Source: Squalus acanthias (Eukaryota). Taken from it: DNA of 64,000 nt. Position numbers and translations under genes: made by a program. The notes beneath the pieces were generated by a model. The model saw only the letters and a list, made by a program, of their open reading frames with translations. It searched no databases and was not told the DNA's origin. Positions 50,778 to 61,637 of this stretch are shown one piece after another (within the stretch, counting starts at the first letter, position 1; the number at the start of each line of letters is the position of its first letter). The stretch lies in contig CM059435.1 in NCBI GenBank assembly GCA_030390025.1, positions 93,248,001 to 93,312,000 of the forward strand, given 5' to 3'.

Positions 50778-51380
50778 AACACCTCCGTTCAGTCCGTAAA
50801 GGTGACCCCGAGCTTCCGGTCGCTTGTCATTTTAATTCACCTCTCCACGCCCACTCAGACCTCACCGTCCTCGGCCTCGTGCATTGTTCCACGGAAGCTC
50901 AGCGTAAGCTCGAGGAACAGCACCTCATCTTTCGTTTAGGCACTTTACAGCCTTCCGGACTCAATATCGAGTTCAACAATTTCAGATCATAACCTCGGCC
51001 CCTACCACATATATATACATTTTATCCACCCTTTTGGTTCGTGCCTTTTCCCTTTTTCTCTCTCTCCCCCTACGGCAGCTGTCTCTCATTCTGCCAGCAT
51101 TTCACTCCTCACCTTTTTGTTTCTTAACCTGTCCCATTACCATCTCGTCTTGCCTTGAGCATCTCTTAATGTCTCTACTCACCATAGTTATCCCTCCCCC
51201 CAGCCTCCCCCTTGCATTTTTATCTGTTTCTTTTCCTGCTCTTTTCTCAGTTCTGACGAAGGGTTTCGACCTGACACGTTAACTCTGTTTCTCTCTCTCC
51301 ACGGATGTTGCCTGGCCTGCTGAGTTTTTCCAGCGTTTTCTGTTGTTGTTTCAATTTTCCAGCATCCGCAGTATTTTGCT
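50778..51380 (+). mobile_element. Penelope-like element 3' end (GIY-YIG C-terminus plus pLTR)
   Basis: 50780-50992 translates HLRSVRKGDPELPVACHFNSPLHAHSDLTVLGLVHC...RKLEEQHLIFRLGTLQPSGLNIEFNNFRS*. A pyrimidine-rich UTR and hammerhead-like motif follow. Confidence 0.9.
51249..51284 (+). ncRNA. Minimal type-I hammerhead ribozyme-like motif (one core substitution)
   Basis: AGTT-CTGACGA-A-GGGT-TTCG-ACCT-GACA-CG-TT-AACT: helix I AGTT/AACT, helix II, palindromic helix III. GAAA is changed to GACA. Confidence 0.55.
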
Positions 51381-52858
51381 ATCGCATCAAAGAAGTAGGT
51401 ACTGTTTCCCCAATTGATACAACTTGGCTCACATGACAACTCAGTACGATGGCTATGAATGGTTTCAACTCTGTGTCCATACACTGATCAGTCCATCCAT
51501 TCAAGGTGTTTTTACACACTCTTTTCAGTACTGAGTTCTTTTGCATCTCATTTGCAATCTCAGTTGCATTCATGGGAAAGTCTTTGTCAACTGCACCTAG
51601 CGTGAAAATCTCACCTTCACTCCCATCACATGAGCCTTCATGTGGCAACCTGGACAAGGCACCTGCGATTGCGATTTGCTTTGAAGTGTGATATTCAATC
51701 ATGTAGTCATATTGTGACAACAACACTGCCCAACATTGCATTCTTGATGCGGCCATTGCAGGGATGGCAGATTTGGGCCCCAATATTGCTAGGAGCGGTT
51801 TGTGATTTCTTGATTCCAAACGCTATGGTGAGTGCCTCCTTTTCAATTTGCGCGTAGTTTCTTTCGCTCTTTGTGAGGGTTTGCGATGCGAACGCAATTC
51901 ATTTCTCTTGGCCGTCGTCCATTACGTGGCTTATGACAGCTCCCACACCATAGCTAGAAGCATCACACACTAACTTAAGCTCACGCTCTGTGTCGTTGTG
52001 CACAAGTAGAGCATCGCTAAAGAGACTTCTCTTACAAGCGTCGTAAACTTCCTGTTAGGCTTTTGTCCACTTCCACTGGACATCCTTCTTGAGGAGCTTG
52101 TGCAATTGAGCTAACACGGTCACTAACTCAGGTAAGAAATGTGGAAAGATCTTAACTCAGACACTTCTGTGCTTTTGGAGCGTTGATGACAGCATCAACC
52201 TTTTCCTTAACTGGTTGCAAGCCATTTGCATCAACTTTTAGACCAAGGTACACAGCCTCGGGCTGCACAAAAGCACATTTGCTCCTTTTCAATTTGACAT
52301 TGTGGGAATTCAATCTTTGAAGCACTAAATCTAACACTTCTAGATTTTCTTCCTCGCTGCTTGTTGCGATCAGCGCATCAGCTTGATTGCATAAGCAATT
52401 TGGAATTCCTTGCAAAATCTTCTCCATCGTAGCCTGGAAGATTTTGGGGGAGGACTTTACATCAGACGGCAGCTTGGTGTATGAGTACAGTCCCTTGCAT
52501 GTGTTGATAGTGAGATACTGTTAACTCTCTTTGTCAACATTCAGCTGAGCGTAAGTGTGCGACAGGTTAAGCTTAGAGAAAACCTTTGGCCCAGAGAGTG
52601 CTGCATACAAATCTTGCAATGCAGGTAATGGGTACTGTTCATCGTCAACTGCTTGGTTGATAGTAACTCTGTAGTCACTGCACAAACGTACAGTTTTGTC
52701 TGCTTTGGGCACTACCACAATCTGGGTAGCCCATTCACTTTTGTCAGTTTTTACTAGCACTCCGTTTCTCTAGCTCTTCCTCCACCTGACTTTTCAACGC
52801 ATAGGGGACCGGCCTTGCCTTACAATAGACAGGCTTCGCGTTGGACTTGATGCGTATC
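51381..52858 (-). pseudogene. Gypsy pol remnant (RT plus RNase H)
   Basis: Reads KARPVPYAL, SEWATQIVVVPKADKTVRLCSDYRVTIN, YPLP, IFQATMEKILQG, KCAF, CDASSYGVGAV, HKPLLAI, RMQCWA. Stops and frameshifts present. Confidence 0.93.
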
Positions 52859-52859
52859 A

Positions 52860-55800
52860 TACCCAGGTTTGGGAGGTGCTGCCGAAGAAGCCATGGCGAG
52901 TTGCTGCAGTGCATCTTGTAGATGGTACACACTGCTGCCATGGTACACTGGTGGTGGAGGGAGTGAATGTTTAAGGTGGTGGATGGGGTGCCAATCAAGC
53001 GGGCTGCTTTGTCTTGGATGGTGTCGAGCTTCTTGAGTGTTGTTGGAGCCGCACTCATAGAATCATAGAAATTTACAGCACAGAAGGAGGCCATTCGGCC
53101 CATCTTGTCTGTGCCAGCCGACAAAGAGCAATCCACCCTAATCCCACTTTCCAGCACTTGGTCCGTAGCCTTGTAGGTTATGGCACTTCAAGTGCATATC
53201 CAAGTATTTTTTAAATGTGATGAGGGACTCTGCCTCTACCACCCTTTCAGGCAGTAAGTTCCAGACCCCCACCACCCTCTGGGTGAAAACATTTCTCCTC
53301 AAATCCTCTCTAAACCTCCGACCAATTACTTTAAATCTATGCCCCCTTCTGCTAAGGGAAATAGGTCCTTCCTATCCACTCTATCTAGGCCCCTCATAAT
53401 TTTATACACCTCAATTAGGTCTTCCCTCAGCCTCCTCTGTTCCAAAGAAAACAACCCCAGCCTATCAAATCTTTCCTCATAGCTAAAATTCCCCAGCCCA
53501 GGCAACATCCTCATAAATTTCCTCTGCACCCCCTCTAGTGCAATCACATTCTTCCTGTAATGTGGTGACCACAACTGCACACAGTATTCTAGCTGCGGCC
53601 TAACTAGTGTTTTATACAGTCCAAGCATAACCTCCCTGCTCTTACACTCATACAGCAAGTCTCCCATATGCCTTCTTAACCACCTTATCTACTTGTCCTG
53701 GTGCTGCTGGCCACTCCTACCTTCAGGGATCTGTGGACATGCACTCCAAGGTCCCTCTGATCATCTGCATTTCTCAGTGTCCTACCATTTATAGTGTATT
53801 CCCTTGCCTTGTTAACCCTCCCCAAATGCATTACCTCACACTTCTCCAGATTGAATTCCATTTGCCACTGTTCTGCCATTGATATCTCCTGCAGTCTGCA
53901 GCTTTCTTGTTCATTATCAACTACACGGCCAATTTTTGTATCATCTACAAACTTCTAAATCATACTTCCTACATTCAAGTCCAAATCATTGATATATACC
54001 ACAAAAAGCAAAGGACCCAGTACTGAGCCCTGCGGAACCCCACTGGAAACACCCTTCCAGTCTCAAAAACACCCTTCGACCATTACCCTTTGTTCCTGCC
54101 TCTGAGCCAATTTTGGATCCAACTTGCCACTTTGCCTTGGATCCCATGGCCTTTTACTTTCGTGACCAGTCTGCCATGTGGGATCTTATCAAAAGCCTTG
54201 CTAAAATCCATATAGACTACATCAAACGCACTACCCTCATCAACCCTCCTTGTTATCTCCTCAAAAAATTCAATCAAGTTAGTCAGACACGACCTTCCCT
54301 TAACAAATCCATGCTGACTGTCCCTGATTAATCCGTGTCTTTCTAAATGAAGATTTATCCTGTCCCTCAGAACTTTTTCCAATAATTTTCCCACCACCGA
54401 GGTTAGGCTGACTGGCCTGTAATTACTTGGTCTATCCCTTTCTCCCTTTTTATACAACGGTACTACATTAGCAGTTCTCCGGCACCATACCTGTAGCTAG
54501 AGAGGATTGGAAAATGATGGTCAGAGCCTCTGCTATTTCCTCTCTTACATCTCTTAACATTTCTTCCGGGCCTGGGGATTTATCTACTTTCAAAGATGCT
54601 AAACCCCTTAATACTTCCTCTTTCACTATGTTTATTTAATCTAATATTTCACATTCCTCCTCCCTGATTGCAATGTCTGCATCATCCCTTTCTTTTGTGA
54701 AAACAGATGCAAAGTATTCATTAAGAACCATACCCATGTCTTCCGCTTCCACACACAGGTTACCTTTATGGTCCCTAATAGGCCCTACTCTTACTTTAGT
54801 TATAAAACATCTTTGGCTTATTCTTGATTTTACTTGCCAATATTTTTTCATGCCCTCTCTTTGCTTTCCTAATTTGCTTTTTAATTTCACCCTTGCACTT
54901 TCTATACTCCTCTCGGCTTTCTGCAGTATTGAGTCCTCGGTATCTGTCATAAGCTTCCCTTTTTTTCTTTATCCTGCCCTGTATGCCCCTTGACATCCAG
55001 GGAGCTCTAGATTTGTTAGTCCCACCCTTTTTCTTTAAGGGAACATGCTTGCTCTGAACCCTCACTATCTCCTCCTTGAATGCCTCCCACTGCTCTGACA
55101 CTGATTTACCTTCAAGTTTCTGTCTCCAGTCCACTTTGGCTAAATCACCTCTCAGCTTAGTAAAATTAGCTTTTCCCCAACTGAGAACCTTTATTCCTGG
55201 ACTATCTTTGTCCTTTCCCATAACTACCCTAAATCTAACTGAATTATGATCACCACCAGGCAAGTGGAGAGTATTCCATCACACTCCTGAGATGTGAGTC
55301 AGGAGCTGAGACATTTGCCACAGCATACCCAGCCTCAGACCTGCTCTTGTTGCTACAGTATTTATGTGGCTGGTCCAGTTAAGTTTCTGGTCAATGGTGA
55401 TCCCCAGGATATTGATGGTGGGAGATTCGACGATGGTAATGCCATTGAATGTCAAGGGGCGGTGGTTAGACGCTCGCTTGTTGGAGATAGTCATTGCCTG
55501 GCACTTGTGTGGCGCAAATGTTACCTGTTACTTATCAGCCCAAGCCTGAATGTCATCCAGGTCTTGCTGCATGTGGGCATGGACTGCTTCATTATCTGAA
55601 GAGTTGCAAATGGCACAGTACACTGTGCAGTCATCAGCGAACATCCTCACTTTTGACCTTATGATGGAGGGAAGGTCATTGATGAAGCAGCTGACGATGG
55701 TTGGGCCTAGGACACTGCCCTGAGGAACTCCTGCAGCGATGTCCTGGGGCTGTGATAATTGACCTCCAACCACCACAACCATCTTCCTTTGTGCTAGGTA

Positions 55801-56776
55801 TCCAGTGGAGAGTTTTCCCCCCGATTCCCATTGACTTCAGGTTTACTAGAGCTTCTTGATGCCACACTCGGTCAAATGCTGCCTTGATGTCAAGGGCAGT
55901 CACTCTCGCCTCACCTCTGGAATTCAGCTCTTTTGTCCATGTTTGGACCAAGGCTGTAATGAGGTCAGGAGCCGAGTAGTCCTGGCGGAACCCAAACTGG
56001 GCATCAGTGAACAGGTTATTGGTGAGTAAGTGCTGCTTGAGAGCACTGTCGACGACACCTTCCATCACTTTGCTGATGATTGAGAGTAGACTGATAGGGC
56101 GGTAATTGGACGGATTGGATTTGTCCTGTTTTTTGTGGACAGGACATACCTGGGCAGCTTTCCACATTGTCGGATAGATGCCAGTGTTGTAGCTGTACTG
56201 GAACAGCTTTGCTGCAGGTGATTCTAGTTCTGGAGCACAAGTCTTCAGCACGACAGCCAGGATGTTGTCAGGGCCCACAGCCTTTGCTGTATCCAGTGCG
56301 CTTAGCCGTTTCTTGATATCACATTTAGTGAATCGAATTGGCTGAAGACTGGCTTCTGTGGTGGTGGGGACCTCGGGAGTAGGCCGATATGGATCATCCA
56401 CTTGGCATTTCTGGCTGAAAATGGTTGCAAACGCTTCAGCTTTGTCTTTTGCACTCCACCATCATTGAGGATGGGGATATTCATGGAGCCTCCTCCTCGT
56501 GTTAGTTGTTTAATGGTCCACCACCATTCACGACTGGATGTTGCAGGACTGGAGAGCTTTGATCGGATCCGTTGATTGTGGGATTGCTTAGTTCTGTCTA
56601 TAGCATACTGCTTCCGCATTTTAGCATGCATGTAGTCCTCTGTTGCAGCTTCCCCAGGTTGGCACTGCATTTTTAGGTACGTTTGCTGTCTGGTATGCTC
56701 TTCTACACTCCTTATTGAACCAGGGTTGGTCCCCTGGCTTGATGGTAATGGTAGAGCGAGGGATATGTCAGGCCAT
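52860..56776 (-). mobile_element. CR1/L2-group LINE (family B), split by a CR1 insertion
   Basis: Pieces 52860-53056 and 55255-56776 join across the insert. RT motifs [42 protein letters not shown]. Confidence 0.88.
53056..55254 (-). mobile_element. CR1 LINE nested in family-B LINE
   Basis: Endonuclease end (DHNSVRF), NYRPVSLTSVVGK, QHGFVKGRSCLTNL, YMDFSKAFD, LVRPQLEYC, ATTCTATG tail. Confidence 0.92.
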
Positions 56777-58298
56777 GAAAGGGAAATCATGTTTGACAAA
56801 TCTGTTAGAGTTTTCTGAGGTTGTAACTAGCAGAATAGATAAGGGGGAACCAGTGGATGCGGTGTATTTGGATTTTCAGAAGGCATTCGATAAGGTGCCA
56901 CACAAGAGGTTATTAAACAAAATTAGGGCTCATGGGATTGGGGGTAATATACTAACATGGATTGAGGATTGGTTAACGGACAGAAAACAGAGTAGGAATA
57001 AACGGGTCATTTTCGGGTTGGCAGGCTGTAACTAGTGGGGTACCACAAGGATCAGTGCTTGGGACTCAGCTATTCACAATCTACATCAATGATTTGGATG
57101 AGGGGACCAAATGTAATATATCCAAGTTTGCTGATGATACAAAGCTAGGTAGGAATGTAAGTTGTGAGGAGGATGCAAAGAGGCTTCAAGGGGACATAGA
57201 CAGGCTAAGTGAGTGGGCAAGAACATGGCAAATGGAATATAACGTGGAGAAATGTAAAGATATCCACTTTGGTAGGAAAAATAGAAAAGCAGAATATTTT
57301 TTAAATGGTGAGAGATTGGGAAATGTTGGTGTTCAGAGGGACCTGGGTGTCTTCGTACACGAATCACTGAAAGTTAACATTCAGGTACAGCAAGCAATTA
57401 GGAAAGCAAATGGTATGTTGGCCTTTATTGTAAGAGGATTTGAGTATAACATTATATTAAGTCTTACTGCAATTATATAGGGCCCTGGTGAGACCAATGA
57501 CATGAATCTTGTCATTCATGTGGAAATGACTTATGAAATAATACTGGGCGGCCTGCTGGTGGCGCTGTCCAGGGAGAGTATAAATACTCGGGCATGGGCC
57601 CAGCTTGCTCAGGACATTCTTTAACAGGAACTAGTGAAGGACACAACTAGATCTCCATGTTGTAAAACAGTTGATTAAAGCTTTGTTTAACGCTTAGACC
57701 AAGTGCCTAGTAGTTTTCTTACGTCAACCACACTTGGAGTATTGTGTACAGTTTTGGTCTCCTTACCTAAGGAAGGATATACTTGCCATTAAGGGAGTGC
57801 AACGAAGGTTCACCAGACTGATTCCTGGGATGGGGGAATTGACCTATGAGGAGAGATTGAGTAGAATCGGCCTATATTCTCTAGAGTTTAGAAGAATGAG
57901 AGGTGATCTCATTGAAACAGACAAAATTCTTACAGGGCTTGACAGGGTAGATGCAGGGAGGATGTTTCCTCTGGCTGGGCAGTCTAGAACCAGGGGTCAC
58001 AGTCTCAGAAAAAGGGGTCGGCCATTTAGGACTCAGATGAGGAGAAATTTCTTCACACGGAGGGTGGTGAATCTTTGGAATTCTCTACCCCAGAGAGCTG
58101 GGTAGGCTCAGTCGTTGAGTATGTTCAGGACAGAGATCGATAGATTTTTGATTATTAAGAGAATCAAGGGATATGGGTATAGTGCAACAAAGTGGAGTTG
58201 AGGTAGAAAATCTTAATAAATCTTAAGATCTTATTGAATGGTGGAGAAAGCTCGAGGAGCCGAATGGCCTTCTCCTGCTCCTATTTCTTATGTACTTA
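56777..58298 (+). mobile_element. CR1 LINE, 5'-truncated, interrupted by a solo LTR
   Basis: Reads KGKSCLTNLLEF, DFQKAFDKVPH, SKFADDTK, EYCVQFWSP. CTTATGTACTTATGT tail. Confidence 0.92.
57498..57726 (+). mobile_element. Solo LTR (229 bp) inserted in CR1
   Basis: Interrupts the CR1 sequence GTGAGACCAC|ACTTGGAG. TGAC...GTCA ends, TSD ACCAA/ACCAC, internal TATAAATA and ATTAAA. Confidence 0.8.
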
Positions 58299-58545
58299 TG
58301 TCAATGTTCCGTAAACATGTGGCCTGATCTTTGTTAGAAAAATTGCTTTTTTACGTTCACGAATTACTTTATTTTGAGCTTGAACATTCTCATCTGCACC
58401 TTCGGTCTCAATAATGTTATTGGCCTTAAAAAAAAAAAAATAATAATTTTTTTTAAATCTCCATCCGCTCAATCTAAGAACTGAAGGGTTCGTGAGCTCG
58501 GTCATACATGCCGAGGCTTCCAATCAATCCCGTAGGTGCGGCCAT
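58299..58545 (-). pseudogene. Gypsy gag N-terminal remnant
   Basis: Reads MAAPTGLIGSLGMYDRAHEPFSS*IERME...ANNII...RKKAIFLTKIRPHVYGTL, a Mag-type gag start. Confidence 0.75.
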
Positions 58546-58783
58546 GATTGTTCCGATCCTGTTGAACTAGTAACTCCGCACGCTACCTGTGTACCTGTGA
58601 GAATCAACACCACTGTTGCTGTGTATACATACACGTGAAGGCGAAGCACAGACAATTCTGCATCAGCATTAACAGTAAAACATTGCAAAAAAATTCAGTT
58701 TAGGTGTCACAAATTCACCTTAAACTTTTCCATTCGAAGGTTGAACACTCTGTCCTTCCATGATCCCTAAAAATGGCTTTGGG

Positions 58784-58801
58784 ATCTCATTCTCGTCGCC
58801 A
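58784..58801 (-). promoter_or_regulatory. Primer binding site, tRNA-Ser(GCU)-like
   Basis: Plus strand ATCTCATTCTCGTCGCCA resembles the vertebrate tRNA-Ser(GCU) 3' end ATCCCATCCTCGTCGCCA (from memory). It lies 4 nt from the LTR. Confidence 0.75.
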
Positions 58802-58805
58802 AAAA

Positions 58806-58941
58806 TGTAATATATGTGGGTAGAACAAGTGAAGGACAGAGACACGATGAATTGCTACTTAAGGTGTTTGTTTACTTGGCCAGAGCAAACTGAGCATGCT
58901 CATTCTAAACCATTTGACAAGCCATGTGATAATACATTACA
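58806..58941 (-). repeat. 5' LTR of Gypsy element
   Basis: TGTAAT...ATTACA inverted ends, adjacent PBS, TSD CCCCA at 58942-58946. Confidence 0.95.
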
Positions 58942-60347
58942 CCCCAGAACTGGTCTAAGATGATACAACTGTTCAGCTTCAAGGTGAGAATAACAAGTCA
59001 ACATCAGAATCTGCTGGTGATTCTGGTAAGTGATGTAAAAACATTTCTGTCTGTTTGAGTTAAAGATAAGTAATATCAGGAAAGCAGTGTTCTTAATAAT
59101 CTTTTCTATTATGCATGCCAGCAGTATTTAGTAGTCTTGTAAGTCCTCATTTATAATGTCTACAATTTTTTGCTGTGTCTGCATTAAATTAGTTACTTCT
59201 GTCATCCATAAAAGGTATTGTTATAAAGACATCTATAGTTCATGTATGGTCCAAAATCTGACATTAAATACTGTTTTTTGTGTCTCTATAGATAAGGTTA
59301 CCTCATCCTGAGCTTCTGATTGTTTTAAGGACCTTGTCAGTATTATAAAAGTAGAGGGACCATTTAATGAAGACAACAATACATATGACCAGGGAGAAAC
59401 AGCACAATCCCACAGAGACACAATTTGGGGTCTGCATTGTTGGATTGCTGTTAAATATTGGGAGGACCCAATATCTGTTATCAGATCTTCTATAGGGACA
59501 TCTGTAATTTTCATCTTGCAAGCTGCGAGGTGGGGCGGGGGGGTGGGGGGCAGTCTATATCAGAAGACTGTGGGCTAATGTAGCCATGGCTGATTAGTGC
59601 TAGTCCTTCAGTACTCTCACTACATACTGGAAGCGGTCATTCACTTGAATCCTTAGGGAATACAAAATATTCATGCAGCTGTGCAATCTAATATACAGAG
59701 TTACACACATTCCATACTATTATACAAGTTAGCTGAGCATAGGTGGCATATTGAGTTTGCTGTTTAGTCAATTTGATGTCCATACTGGTGCAAAACCAGA
59801 AACCCCCCTTCCTGTAGCTCTCGGATGTTTCACCGTTCCTTTGAGTTATTGATGTGCAGTTTGTGGGGGGTTATGGGTCCAGCATCTAGTTCTTCTGTTG
59901 CTAATGCATCACCCTTTGTGGAGAATTCTCTTCATATGCTCCTTTTCTTGATTGACACATTTTTATACAAGTCGACAAAACTACTTTAGTACAGTACCAG
60001 TTTAAAAAATTCTCTATTTTTGGATTACCTGCAAATGTAACGGTCAACTAAGCTATTATTTATATATGTAAGGAAGAACCAAACAGAAATTAACTGTAAT
60101 ACTTGAATTATTTGATGGGCCATTTTACTTCGCACTTTTGTCTCATGTTGTCTTAATTCCTGCAGCACATCTGCCCTTCATTTTCATTCTGTATACAGAT
60201 TAGAAAACCACATGGTAATTTTTTTGTATTTGGCACCCCCAGTGCACTGCTTTGTGTGCTGAGAGCCTGCATCAGAAAATCATCCATTAAAATGAATGGA
60301 TGGTGAATAGAGAGAAGCGCACGTTTGGTTTTTTGATATGCATCCTT

Positions 60348-61637
60348 AGGAACATAGGAACAGGAGTAGGCCATTCAGCCCCTCCCGCTTGTGCCACCAT
60401 TCGGTGAGATCATGGCTGATTTGCGACCTAACTCCCTGTACCCGCCTTTGGCCCATAGCCCTTAATACCTTTTGGTTAACAGAAAACTATCAACCTCTGA
60501 TTTAAAATTAACAATTGATCTCGCATCAATTGCTGTTTGCGGAAGAGAGTTCCAAACTTCTGCCACCCTTTGTGTGTAGAAGTGTTTCCTAATTTCACTC
60601 CTGAAAGGTCTGGCTCTAATTTTTAGACTATGCCCCCGAGTTCTAGAATCCCCAGCCAGTGGAAATAGTTTCTCTCTAGCTACCCTATCTGTTCCTCTTA
60701 ATATCTTGACAGCTTTGATCAGATCACCCCTTAACCTTCTAAATTCTAGGGAATACAACCCTAATTTGTCTAATCTCTCCTCGTAACTTAACCCTTGAAG
60801 TCTGGGTATAATTCTGGTAAACCTACGCTGCACTCCGTTCAAGGCCAGTATATCCTTTCTAAGGTGTGGTGCCCAGAACTGCTCACAGAACTCCAGCTGT
60901 GGTCTAACCAGGGCTTTGTATAGCTGCAGTATAACTTCTACCCCCTTGTATTCTAGTCCTCTACATATAAAGGCCAGCATTCCATTAGCCTTTTTGAATA
61001 TTTTCTGTACCTGTTCATGACATTTTAATGAACTATGTATCTGGACCCCCAAGTCTCTTTGGACCTCCACTGTTTTTAGCCTTTCATCATTTAGAAAGTA
61101 CCCTGTTCTATCCTTTTTAGTTCCAAAGTGGATGACCTCACATTTGCCTTCATTGAAATCCATTTGCCACAGTTTTGTCCATTCACTTAATCTGTCAATA
61201 TCCCTTTGTAATTTTATGCTTCCATCTACATTGCCTACAATTCCACCTATCTTTGTGTCATCGGCAAATTTGGATATATGACTTTCTATGCTATCATTTA
61301 AGTTGTTAATAAATACTGTGAATAGTTGAGGCCCCAACACAGATCTCTGCAGGACACCACTCGTCACCTCCTGCCAATTTGAGTGCCTACCCATTATCCC
61401 TACTGCCTGTCTCCTGCCGCTCAGACAATTTCCTAACCAGCTCAATAATTTGCCCTCAGTTCCATGGGCTTCTACCTTAGTTAACAGTCTCTTATGTGGG
61501 ACTTTATCAGATGCCTTCTGGAAGTCCATATAAATAACATCCATAGACATTCCCCTGTCCACTACTTTATTCACCTCTTCAAAAAATTCAATTGGGTTTG
61601 TCAGGCATGACCTGCCTTTCACAAATCCATGCTTGGC
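60348..61637 (-). mobile_element. 5'-truncated CR1 LINE with 386-aa open RT/C-terminal frame (60462-61622)
   Basis: Reads KGRSCLTN, YMDFQKA, SKFADDTKIGG, LVRPQLEFC, LYSLEFRRLRGDL, then the CR1 3' UTR. Confidence 0.94.

Larger units (their letters stand above)
50381..58941 (-). mobile_element. Gypsy (Mag-like) LTR retrotransposon, internally deleted and interrupted
   Basis: 136-bp TG..CA LTRs at 50381-50516 and 58806-58941, 5-bp TSD CCCCA. PBS TGGCGACGAG next to the 5' LTR, PPT next to the 3' LTR. gag, RT and RNase H remnants. Confidence 0.95.
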
